Of a DNA stretch of 64,000 nucleotides, positions 41,601 to 54,790 are shown piece by piece (the first letter of the stretch is position 1; each line of letters starts with the position of its first letter). The notes beneath the pieces are model-generated. The model did no database searches. It had not been told where the DNA came from and was given only the letters and a program-made list of their open reading frames with translations. The translations under genes were made by a program, and so were the position numbers. Source of the DNA: Lama guanicoe (taxonomy: Eukaryota); contig PNXV01004830.1 of assembly GCA_013239625.1 (NCBI GenBank), forward strand, positions 1 through 64,000, in the 5' to 3' direction.

Positions 41601-44600
41601 TCCTACTAATGGTTTTCTGCATTCCCTCTCTCTTCGTAATGTTAGTTCAACATAAGAGAAAAACTGTTCTTCCATGTGGAATAGCAGCCAAATTGTGGGA
41701 CACTGACACACAGCAGTTTCCCAACTGCCAGGATAATCTGACTTGAAAGCATGATGATATAGTGAATTTCCTTCACACATGCCTTATCCGAAATGGAGAA
41801 TTGTTATAGGATATATTGAACCCAAGCATACATTTAGAAGAGGTTACCCTCCTAGCTGTCTTCTTTCTTGCTATTCTTCCAACAGAAATCTTCATAAAGT
41901 CTGAAGAAATATATCTATATTGGATGATGAACAGAGGCCTTTCTGAATGTACAAATAGGCTCACTTCCATCATTGGAGATCAACGTGTCCCCAACAAGGT
42001 AGTGCAATGAAAACTGGCCAATGTCTTATTCCTCCATAGAGGGAAGATACAGGAGTTGTATTTCACCTGAAACAATGCTGAAGACTGGTACTCTGCACCA
42101 AACTTTCAGCGTTTCTCACAGATTTCTAAAGACTGCTATTGACTCATCTGAAATGAGGTGTCTTAATGTTACTTTGCCAGATGTACCTTCAACACATGGA
42201 GGGATATCTCAGGCCAATGATCAAAATCTCTGTTTTGCCATCAATTCCCAAGAATGAAGTATCCCATGGTCCTTCTGTTCTCGAATTTAATGCAGGGCAA
42301 GCTTTCATTTGAAGTGGATCTGAATTGGAAGATGAATGCTTGCAGCGTTCTTTGCTTCTTCCTGCAGATACATTCTGTGGACATTGCAAAATCTGTAGAA
42401 GCAGGGGTACTGAGGTGAACTTGCACAAAGGACTTTTGAAGTATGAAAGGACAGTTCTTACCAGCATGCTGTGCTCTAACAAAACCTTAGATGAAATCAA
42501 CTGATGTGACCCAAAATTGTTTCCCAAGAGTGAAAGATTCTAAAACCTGTGGAACACATGGCGTCCTATCTAGGATACAGTCTCACAAGAATCTTTGTCT
42601 CACAATAACTTCATGCCAGCTAGAATGTATTTCAGGATGGCTGAATTGAGGTAGTAAAGTTAGGTTGCAGTGATATCTTATGGAACATGAATAGTTGTTC
42701 CTATGCCAAAGACAACATCCTCACCTTTGAAACCTTGCAGAAGACTGAAATCTTCCACATGTAATCAATTCCAAGATGGGAACAAGTTTTTAAGACTGGG
42801 TGGAGCTAACACAAAGTGCCTGATTCTGTCCAAAAGTCCTTTAAGCATGTGTAAATTTTATCGATCATGACTCTTATTGTGGGGAGGTTAGAGAATTCAC
42901 AGGTGATTTTAATGAATGGTCTAATTCACAAGTTAGATGTAGGAATGGTCCTTAATGCCACCGCTTTCATGATTCCAACAAGGCAGAAGGAGTTTTCCAA
43001 GATACAGTCTTTCATATACTGACAAACACCAACAAGATTCATTGCAAAGCCTCTAATTTTCAACAGACATTCTGTCAACAAATTTTCCAACTTCATATGT
43101 GACATTCATAAAGCTACTACAAGAGGAGATGAAGTGAGCAGACTCAATACGAGTGTGTGTAAAGGCCTATCATATGTTGTATTTTGTCTTGCTACCCCAG
43201 CACAGAAATTCTCTTATCCCGACAATGCAGGTGAAGGAATTTTTTTTGCACACATTGTGTTACCAAAATACATCATATTTGACCATTTTTGTTGATCTGA
43301 CTGAAATTAGAGGACACGTTCAAACGATCCTCTTCAATCTTGCTTTGAATGCTAGGAAACCGCTGGGTCTGCTGAGGGCCCATTTGTGTTTCTATGATGA
43401 GATGGGGCCAAGGACGTTCAGGGCAGGGACACAGGCTACTTAGGGAGGCTGTGGAAACTCAGGGCTTCCCTGAGGCCTGAGAAGCTGCTCCAAGTTTTTG
43501 GTTTGATTCACAGAGTGGAATGATTGTCTAAGATTCAGCACAAGGAGCTGGCTAGGGAGAGATCTTCTCCCACCTCTATCACCTCATTGAATGCTGTACA
43601 GTACATTTTCAGCTTGGTTCAATTTGACATCTTGAGACAAATTAGAGAGAAATTGATCCAGAATGATATATTGGCTTCTTTCAAGTTACAGAATGTGAAT
43701 TTCCCATGATGGCACAAGGCAGAAATCAAACTTACACATTTCTTTGCCACAAGGGAACATTTTCAAAGGTTCTATGCATTAGCCAGATGTCACAGAAATT
43801 TTCCTGCAAATGGCTTGCCACAGATTTTCTCACATTTCTTAATACAATTCAATGTTGGAGAAAACTATGTTTTCATGTGCAGTAGAGACCAATGTTTTTT
43901 GGACCTCTGAAACAGACCCTTTTCCCAAATGCCTAAATACCCTGTCTTGCAATGAATGAGATGTGGTGAATTTTCTTAAAAGGTGCCTTCTCCAAAATTG
44001 AGAAGTGTTACAGGATATATTGAACCGAACCACCATTTGTTGAGGACAGAGTACACACAAAGCTATTCTTCCTACAGAAAATTTCATGAGAGCTGAAGTA
44101 AATTGTCTGAGTTCAATGAACAACAGAGGACTATAAGAATGTGCAGATGGGCTTACTTCTGTCCCTGAAAGTCAATGTGTCACTGGAGAGGCACTGCAGT
44201 TATAATTGTCCCACATCATATTCCTCCAATTAGGGATGTTTCTAAAGGTGAATTTTCCTTATAGTAACACTGGAGAAGGTTACTTTGCACCAATAACTCA
44301 GCATTCCAAATTGCTTTCCAAAGAGCTGCAGTTGGCTGAGGTGAAATTCGATTTTTAATGTCATCATCCCAGATACACCTTCATAACAGGGAACCTCATG
44401 CCAAACATGGAAATCCCGGCTTTAATCATCAAATACCAAGAAGGGATTTTCCCAAGTTCCTTCTGTTCCCCAAAAGAACCATATATGAAACAAATGTGTA
44501 CACCTAACATGATGTTAAGGTGAGTTTCTAAAAAGCCTTCTTTGCACATTTCCATGGATTCTTTCTGTGGGCATTGAAGATCAAGGAGAAGCTGATGTAC

Positions 44601-47600
44601 TAAGGATGATCTTGAGCAGAATCCTCTCAGAGTACGGACAGCCCATTCTTCCCCTTGGTCAAAAATTTGCACTTCCAAAGTCTGAGATAAATCAGCTTAA
44701 CCTTCCCAAGTGTATCCCAAGTTTGCATGACTTTAAACTTTGATGTGCACAGAGCGTCCTATCTATGAGATGTTTTCACATGATTCTCTATCTCGCTTTC
44801 AAATGATGATAGTGATAATGCATTCGAAGATGGCTGAAGAAAATGAATGAAAGGCAGGTTGCAGTGAAGTCTTACAGAACATGGTGATAGGCTTGTTTGC
44901 AAAAGAGAGAGGCCACATATTTGAAAAATGGCAGAAGATTGAAAACTTCCTCATACGTATCAGCCTAATGTGGGAAAGAAGGGCTCTGGAAGATTTCCTA
45001 CTAGTCAATTAGTGGCAAAAGTAACAGTGGGTGCATCAAACATGAAGTGCTTTCTCCTTTCCAAGTAGTTCTTTTAGCAAGTGGAGGTATGCTCTATTGA
45101 CACATTCAATGAGGTGAACTTAATAATTTCACTGGTGGTTTGATGCATGGCCTCATTCATGAGTAAGACATCAGACAATTTCTCAATCCCACACACATGG
45201 TGATCCCAAGGAGGCAGAGGGAAGTTTCCCACACACAATCTTTCCTAGTGACAAAAAACAACAAGATACATAGCACAACACCTCTTCCTGAAGAGACAGT
45301 CTTTTGGGAACATTTCCAGATATGCGGGCAATTGCCTAAAGACAACAAAGCAGAGAAGTAGTGACCTGTCTCACTGCGAGAGTGTGAGAAAGCCTATCAA
45401 AGCTCTTAGTTACACTTGCTTCCCAACAACACAAACACTCCATTATCACGACAGCACAGATGAGAGATGTTGCCCGCCTCATTCTATTCACAGTACGAGT
45501 CAAGTTCCAATGTATGCATTGATGTGAGTGAAATTACAAGACCCATTCAAACAATCTTCTTTGTACCTTCATTTGGATGCTTCCAGTAAGCAGTGTCAAG
45601 TGAGGGGCTGTGGCTGTTCCATGAGCTGATGCCCATGTCTTTGAGGGCAGGTATCATAAAATAATTTGGGAAGCCGTGGATCTCAGTGTTCATGATGTGT
45701 CTCACAATGTTGTTGCATATATACCACTAGATTCCCAGGGTGGGACGTTTGTCTGAGATTTGGAACAATAAGCTGGATAGGAAGAGATCTTCTCCCACTT
45801 CTTCTACAGTTCTTGATATGCTCTCCAGGAATGGTTTCAAGCTGGGTTCAATTTGACATGTCAAGTTCTTGTTTAGAGAAAATACTTCAGAACCAAGACA
45901 TTGGCTTCTTTCCCATTCACAGAAATCCAGTTTTCCCAAAAAGGCACAAAACAGAAATCATCCATACCCATTCCATTTTGAGCAGTGAAGAATTTAGGCT
46001 GTCTGATGAATGTAGCTGAAGGTGTTACAGACTCTCCTACAAAAGGCTTTCTACATTCCCATGCTCTTTCATAAAATTCGTTCAACATAGGAGAAAAACT
46101 GGAACTCTATGTGGGATAGGAACCACGACTTTGTGGTACACTGACACATAGCCATTTCCCAACTGGCAGAGTATTATGACTTGCAACAAAGGTGATGGCA
46201 TGAATTACCTTCAAACATGCCTTATCCAAAATAGAGAATTGTTATAGGGTATTATGAACCCAAACAGTCATTTAAGAGAGGTTATCTTCCAATCTTTCTT
46301 CTTTCTTGCTATTCTTCTTACAGAAATCTTCATAAAGGCTGAAGTAACCTATCTACATTTTATGATTTAGAGTGGTATTTCTGAATATGCAAACAGGCTC
46401 ACTTCCATCCTTGAAGATCAATGTGTCTCCAACAAGGCGGAGCAATGATAACTGGCCCACACTATATTCCTTCAAATAGGAAAGTTACAAACGACAATTT
46501 CACCTGAACTAACGCTGAAGACAGGTTATCTGCCCCAAAGATTCAGCATTCTGCATAGATTTCAAAAAAGCTGCTATTGACTCAACTGAGATGATGTGCC
46601 ATATTGTCACTTTGCCAGATGTTCATTCAACACATGGAAGGATAGCTCAGGCCAAACATGAAACACCCTGCTTTTTGCCATCAATTCCCAAGAAGCTAGA
46701 ATGCCACAGCCCTTCTGTTCTCAAAGTAAATGCAGGGCAAGCATTCATTTTAAGTGGACCTGAATTGCAAGATAATTGCTAGCAGCATTCTTTGCTTCTT
46801 CCCTTGGATGCCTTCTGTGGATATTGCAAAATCCACAGAAGCAGGGGTACTGAGGCCAAACTAGTGCAGAAGCATTTCCCAGTATGCAAGGCAGTTCTTG
46901 CCCATATGCTGTGCTCCACCAAAATCATGGCTCACATCAACTCATCACCCAACCACAAACTCTTTTGCAAGAGTGAAAGATTCTAAAACCTGTGGAAGAC
47001 AGGGCATCCTATCAAGGACATAGTCTCACAAGAATCTTTAGCTTGCTATAACTTCATACAAGCTAGAATGCATTTCAAGATGGCTGAATTTGAGGAAGGA
47101 AAGGCAGGTTGCTGTGAAATCCTACGGAATATGAAGACAGTCTCGCATGACAAAGACAAAAGCTTCATGTTTGAAAGCTGGTAGAAGACCAAAATGTTCC
47201 AATGTACTCAATTCCTAGATGGGAACAGGTTTCCAAGACTAGTAGCAGCTAACACAAAGTGCTTCATTCTGTCCAAAATCCTTTCAGCATGTGGAAATGT
47301 CATAGATTTAGACTTTCAATGGGGGGAGGTTTGAGAATACACAGGGGGGTTTAATGCATTTTTCCCTCACAAGATAGAAGTAGGATGAATCCTCATACCC
47401 ACCACTTACTTATCCCAAAAAGGAAGAAATAGTTTTCCCACACACATTCTTTCCACATGTGACAAATACCTACAAGATGCATTGCACAGCCCGTCATATT
47501 CAGGAGACATTCTGTCAACAAATTTCCCAAAATCGCAGGTGAATTTCCTAAAGAGACTACAAGAGGAGATAAGTGTGTGAGAAGGCCTATCAGAACTTGG

Positions 47601-50600
47601 ATTTTGGCTTGCTTCCCCAACACAAAAATTCTCTTATCCCATCAACGCAGGTGAAGGAAATTATTTTGGACTCAATGAATTCCAAAGATGCATCATCTTT
47701 GAACGTTAGGGTTGATCTGATGGAAATTACAAGACCCGTTCAAATAATCCTCTTTCCACCTTGATTAGAATGCTTTGTAACAGCTGGGTCCGCTGAGGGG
47801 CTGTTTGTGTTTATATGACGAATTGAAGCCAAGACCTTTCAGTACAGAAACACAGGATATTTAGGGAGAATTTAAAAACTCAGGAATCCCCTGAAACCTG
47901 CAAATTTTCTCCAAATTTTCCATTTGCTACCCAGATTGGAATGATTGTCTAAGATTCGGCATACGAAGCTGAGTAGGGAGACATCTTCTCCCACTTATGT
48001 AACATCTCTTTGAATGCTGTCCAGGGACATTTTCAAGTTGGTTCAATTTGACATCTCGATGTAAAGTTGAGAGAATGAAGCCAGGATATAGTCTTCATTC
48101 CAAGTGAGAGAAATTGCATTTCCAATGATGACACAAGGAAGAAATCAAACTTACCTGTTTCATTTCCATAAGGGAACTTGTTGGAAAATTCTATGCATAT
48201 GGCCAAAAGTCACAGAGACTTGCTGCAGGAGGCTAGCCACAAATTTTCTCACTTTTTAAAAACTGTTCAACATCTGAGAAAATCATGATTCCACGTGCAG
48301 TAGAGGCCAGGCTTTTGTGAACCACTGAAATAGACCCATTTCCCAAATGCCTAAATACTCTGTGTCACAACGAAGGAGATAGGGGCCATTTCCTTCAAAG
48401 CTGGATTCTACAAAATTGAGAAATGTTATAGGGCATATTTAACCAAAGCACCACTCTTTCAGGACAGAGTACATTCAAAGCTGTCTTCCTTTGTGCTAGT
48501 ATACCTACAGAAGATTTTATGGGAGCTGAAGTAAATTATCTGAGTTCAATGAAGAACAGAGTCCTATGAGAATGTGCAGATGGGGTCACTTCCATCCCTG
48601 AAAATCACTGTGTCCCTGAAGAGGTAATACAGTGAAAATCAGCCAAGATCATATTCCTCCAATTCAGGACGTTTCTGAAGGTGAATTTAATATACAGGAA
48701 CACTGAAGAGGGTTACTTTTCTCCAATAACTCAGCATTGCTTATATCTTTGCAAAGAACTGCTTTGGTTGAGCTGAAATGGGGCCCTAAATGTCACCTTC
48801 CCATATGTACCTTCATAACATGCAGGGAACCTCAGGCCAAACATGGAAATTCCTGGTTTTAGCATCAAATCCCAAGAAGGGAATAGCCCAAACCCTTCTG
48901 TTACCCCAAAAAAACATATGTGAAGCATTTGTGTGCAACTGATATGAACTGAAGATGATTTTCTAAACAGCATTCTCTGCACCTTTCCTTGGATTCTCTC
49001 TGTGGACAGTGAAGATCAAGGAGAAGGTGATGTACTTAGGACGTACTTGAGCAGAGGCCTCTCAGAATATGGATAGACCGTTCTTCCCCTTAGGGAAATG
49101 TCTGTGCTTCCAAAGTCTGTGATAATATCAGCTTAAACCTCTCCCCAAGTGTATCCCAGATTTATAAGACTTTAAATTGTAGGCTCACAGAGCGTCCTAA
49201 CTAGGAGTTGTTTTCACAAGATTCTTGATCTCACCATCAACTGATGCTAATGAGACCTCAACTGAAGATGGTTGAAGTTGAGGAACAAAAGGCAAGCTGC
49301 AGTGAAGTCTTACATAACATGGTGATACACTCCTGTGCCAAATAGAGAAGCCGCTTATTCATAAAATGGCAGAACTCTGAAAACTTCCTCATGTGTTTGG
49401 ACCTAAAGTGGGAAAAGAAGGGCTATGGGGGATTCACCTGTTGTGATTTAGTGGCAAAATTAACAGTGGATGCATCTAACACAAAGTTATTTCTCCTGTC
49501 CAGCAGCCCCTCAGCATGTGGAATTTTGCTCGATCGACCAGTTCAGTGAGGTGAACATGGGGATTACACTGCAGGATTGAATGTACGGACTCAATCACTA
49601 GTAAGACAGAGGACATTTTCTCAACCCCTCAAACTGGGTGATCCCAACAAAGCAGAAGAAAGTTTCTGACACACAATCCTTCCTCTAGTGTCTGAAACCA
49701 ACAAGATGTATTACACAGCACATCTTCCTCAAGAAACTGTCTTACGGCAATGTTTCCAAATTTGCCAGCAATTGCCTAAAGACAACCAGGGCAGAGATGA
49801 AGTGACATAACTCACTGCCAGAGTGTGAGAAAGCCTATCAGAACTTGTAGTTATGCTTGCTTCCCAACAACATAAATACTGCATTATCATAACAGCACAG
49901 ATAAGGGACATTGTCTGCAATCATTGTATTCCCATTTTGAGTCAAGTGCCAATGACTGGTTTGAGGTAAGCAAAACACAAGACCCATTCAAGCAATCTTC
50001 TTTGGACCTTCATTCGGATGCATCCATTAAGCAGTGTCATGTGAGGGGCTGTGGCTGTTTCAAAGAGAAGCAGGTGCCCAGGTCATTCAGGGCAGTAACA
50101 TAGATTAATTTGGGAAACCATGTAACTCAGTGCTCACTATTAGGCCCACAATGTTGCTGCACATATTCCACTTGATTCCCTGGGTTGGGAGATTGTCTAA
50201 GATTTGGAACAATAAGTTTGGTAGGAAGAGATCTCCCATGTCTGCCACCGTTGTTTGCATTATCTCCATAAAAGTTTGAAGCTGGGTTCAATTTTACACC
50301 TCAAATTCACATTGAGAGAAACTTTCAGATCAGAGACATAAGCTTCTTTTACATTCACAGAAACCCACTTTTTCCCAAAAAGGCACTGGAGAGAAATCAG
50401 CATTACCTGGTTCTTTTTGAGCAGTGAACTTGTTGGATGGTCCGGTGCATGTAGATGTAGTTCGTAGAGACACTCCTACAAATAGCTTTCTGCATTCTCT
50501 CTCTCTTTCAAAAGTTAGTTCCACATAAGAGAAAAAATGTGATTCAGCATAGAATAGAAGCCAATTCCTTGTGGCACACTGACACAGAGCCATTTGCTAC

Positions 50601-53600
50601 CTGCCAAAATTCTGTGACTTGCAATGAAACTCTTGTTTTGCAATTCCATTAAATATGCCTTACCCAAATTTGAGATTAGTTATATGATATATTCAATCCA
50701 AGCACACATTTAGGAGAGATTGCACTCCAAGCTCTCTTCGTTCTTGCAGTTTTTCCTACAGAAATCTCCATAACAGCTGAAGAGAAATATCTATGTTGGA
50801 ACATGAACTTATGCCTCTGAATGTGCAAATGGGCTCACGTTTGTCCTTGAAAAATAATATTTTCCCAACAAGGCAGTCCAATGAAAACTGGCCGACATCA
50901 TATTCCTCCAAATAGGGAAATTACAGAAGGTGAATTTCACCTGTACTAACACTGAAGAATGTTTCTCTGCACCAAAAATTCAGCATTCCTCATAGATTTT
51001 GAGAGAACTGCTATTGACTCAGCTGAGATGAGGTGCTTTAATGTCACTTTGCCAAATGTACTTCAAAGCATGGAGGGATAGCTCAGGCCAAACATGAAAA
51101 CCCCAGGTTTTGGCATCAATTTTCAAAAGGTTGTATTCCACGGCCCCAGTGTTCCTGAAATGAAACACAGGGCATTCATTAGTTTGAAGCGACTGGAATT
51201 GCAAGTGTATTGCTAGAAGAATTCTGTGCTTCTACCCTTGGAACCCTTCTGTGGACATTGCAATATTTGGAGAAGCTGGGGTACTAAGGGCGATCTTCTA
51301 AAAGGGTTTTCCAAATACACATGGACATTTCTGTCCAGCATACGTCCAGCAAAAATCTTCCATCATGTCAATTCGTCTGACACCAAATTTTTTCCTAAGA
51401 ATGAAAGATTCTAAACACTGTGGAAGACAGGGAGTCCAATCTAGGACATATTCTCACAAGAATCTTTGTCTAGCATTAACTTCATGCCAGCTAGATTGCA
51501 TTCGATGTAAGCTGAAGTTGAAGAAGGAAAGTCAGTTTGCAGTGAAATCTTAGACACCATGAAGACAGGCTTGTACGCCAAAGACAAAATGCTCAAGTTT
51601 GAAAATTGCCAGAGGACAGAAAACGTCCAAATGTGCTCAATTCCAAGGTGGGAACAGGTTTCCAAGACTGGGTGCAGCTAACACAAAATGCCTCATTGTG
51701 TCCAATTAGTCCTTCCAGAGTGTGGAAATATTCTCGATTGAGATATTCAGTGCCGGGTACTACAAGAATGTGCAGTGGTTTTAATTCATGGCTTCAGTCA
51801 ATAGTAAGGCATAGGATCGGTCCACAATCCACCACTTACATGATCCCAACAAGGCAGAAGGACATTTTGCACTCACACTCTTTCCTCTAGCAACAAATTC
51901 CTACAAGATGCATTGCACAGCCCCTCTTTTTCAAGAGATATACTTTCCCAAATTTTCCAACCTCGCACGTGACATTCCTAAAGACAATAAAAAAGAGATA
52001 ACGGGAGAGGACTTAATGCGAGAGTGTGAGAAGGCCTTTCAAAACTTGGATATTGGCTTGCTTCCACAACACAAAAGTTCTGTCATCCCGACAACGCAGA
52101 TGAAAGAAATTTTTTCTCACTCATTCTATTCAAAAGATGCATCATTTGTGAAAGTTAGGGTTAATCTGACAGAAATTAGAAGACCCAATCAAACAATCCC
52201 CTATCCAACTTGCTTAGAATGTTTCATAAGAGCTGGGTTTGCTGAGGGGCTGTTTGTGTTTCTATGATGAGTCTGAGCCAAGGCCATTCAGGACAGGAAC
52301 ACAGGCTACTTAGGGAAACTGTGGAAACTCAGTCCTCCGCTGAGCCCTGTGAATTTGGTCCAACTATTCCATTTGCTTCCTAGAGTGGAATGACTGTCTA
52401 CGTTTTGGCTCAAGAAGCTGGGTAGGGAGAGATCTTCTACCACTTCTATCACCTCAGTTGACATGCTGTCTGGGAATATTTACAAGCTGGGTTCAATTTG
52501 ATATCTCGAGACAACATTGAGAGAAATTATTTCAGATCCAGTATATAGGCTTCTTCCCAAGTCACAGAGGCCATTTTTCCCCATGATGGCACAAGGCAGA
52601 AAACATCCTTATCAGTTTCATTTCCATAATGGAACACATTGGAAGATTCCGTGCATGTAGCCAATGGTCACAGAATCTTTCCTGCAAAAGGCTTGCTTCA
52701 GTATATCTCACTTTTGGAAAGACAGTTCAACATCTGAGAAAACCGTGATTCCATGTGCAGTAGGGGCCAAGATTTTGTGAAAAACTGAAATCGACCCATT
52801 TCCCACATGCCAAAATACTGTGTCTGGTAACAAATGAGATGGGGTGATTTCTCATCAAACGTGCTTTGTCCATTATTGAGAACAGTTGCAGGATATATTG
52901 AACCAAAGCTTGATACGTTCAGGAGATTGTACACTCAAAGCTGTCATCGTTTGTGCTATTATTTGTATAGGAAAGTTTTTCTGAGCTGAAGTCAATTTTC
53001 TGAACATGATGAAGAGCAGAGGCCTATGAGAATACGTACTTGGGCTTACTTCCATCCCTAAAAATCAATGTGTCCTATAAAAGGCACTGTAGTGAAATTT
53101 GGCCCAAATCATATTCCTCCAAATAGGAAATATCCTGAAGGTGAATATCACCAAAAGTAATGCTGAATAGGTTTTCATTTCACCATATTTCAGCATTCAT
53201 AATAGCTTCCCAAAGCACTGCTGTTGGCTGAGCTGAAATATGGTCCTTAGTGTCACCTTCCCAGATATGCCTAACATGAAGGGAACCTCAGGACAAACAT
53301 GGAAATCCCTGCATTATCAGCAATCCCCAGAAGGGAATTTCCCAAGTCAGTTCATTTCCACATGAGAACCATATGTTAAGCATTTGTGTGCAGCTGATAT
53401 GAACTGAAGATAACTTTATAAGAGCATTCTTTGCACCATTCCTTGGATTCCCCATGTGGACAGTGAACATCAAGGAGAAGCTGGTGAACTAAGGACAAAT
53501 ATGAGCAGAAGCCTCTTAGTGTATGGATGGTGGGTTCTTCCCTTTAGACAAAACTGTGTACTTCCAAAGTCTGGGATAAAGTCAACTTAACCTCTCCCCA

Positions 53601-54790
53601 AGAGTATCCCTAATTTACAAGATTTTAAAATCTGAGGTGCACAGAACGTCCTATCTAGGAGATGTATTCAGACGATTCCTAAACTCTCTGTCAACTGATG
53701 CTTAAGAGTATGCATTTGAAGACAGCTGAATTTGAGGAAGGAAAGGCAGTCTGCAGTGAAATCTTACAGAACATGGTGATAGGCTCATGTGCCAAAGAGA
53801 AGCTACATATTTGAAAAGTGGCAGAAGACTGAAAACCCTCATGTGTGTGAGCCTGAGGTGGGAAAAGAAGGGCTGTGGGATATTACCTCCTTTGAGTTAG
53901 TGGCAAAAGTAAGTGGGTGCATCTAACATGAAGTGCTTTCTCCTGTTTAAGTAGTCCTTTCAGCAAGTGGAAGTTTGCTCAATCAACACGTTCAGTGAAG
54001 CAATGTTTGAGATTTCACTAGGGGTTTCAATGCATGGACTCAATCACAAGTAAGAAATAGGATTGCTTCTCAGTCTCTCAAACATGGTGATCCCAACAAG
54101 GCAGAAGGAATTTTCCCACACACAATCTTTCCCCAAGTGACAAAACCCAAAAAGATGCATTGCACAGCACCTCATCATTAAGAGACCCTCTCCTGGCAAT
54201 TTTTTCAACTTGGAGTTCAACTCCCTACAGACACCCAAAGCAGAGATGAAGTGAGCTAACTAGCTGTGCGAGTGTGAGAAGTCCTATCAGAGCTCGTATA
54301 TACACTTGCTTCCCAACAACACAAACACTCCACTATCATGACAGTGCAGATGAGGGACATTATCTGCAATCATTGTATTCGCAGTATGAGTTAAGTGTCA
54401 ACATTTGGGTTCATCTGAGTGAAATTGGAAGACACATTCAAAAAACTTATTTGCACTTCATTGGATGCTTTCAGTAAGTAGTGTCAAGTGAGGGGCTGTG
54501 GCTGTAGAAAAGAGGAGATGGGGCCCTGGTCATTAAGAGCAGGAACATATATTAATTTCGGATCCTGTGGAACTTAGTGCTCATAATGAGGCACACAATG
54601 TTGCTGCATAATTTCCACTAGATTCAGAGGTTTTGATGATTGACTATGATTTGGAACAATAAGCTGGGTAGGAAGAGATCTTCTCCCACTTCTGCCACTG
54701 TTGTTGGCATGCTCTCCAGAAACAGTTTCAAGCTGGGATCAATTTGACGTCTCAAGATCTTGTTGTGAGTAACTGTTTCAGAACTGAGAC
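23682..54790 (-). repeat. Seven consecutive complete HOR dimers (starts 23682, 28145, 32596, 37051, ~41466, 45900, 50338)
   Basis: Regular alternating anchor spacings of ~2190-2216 and ~2220-2259. Confidence 0.92.
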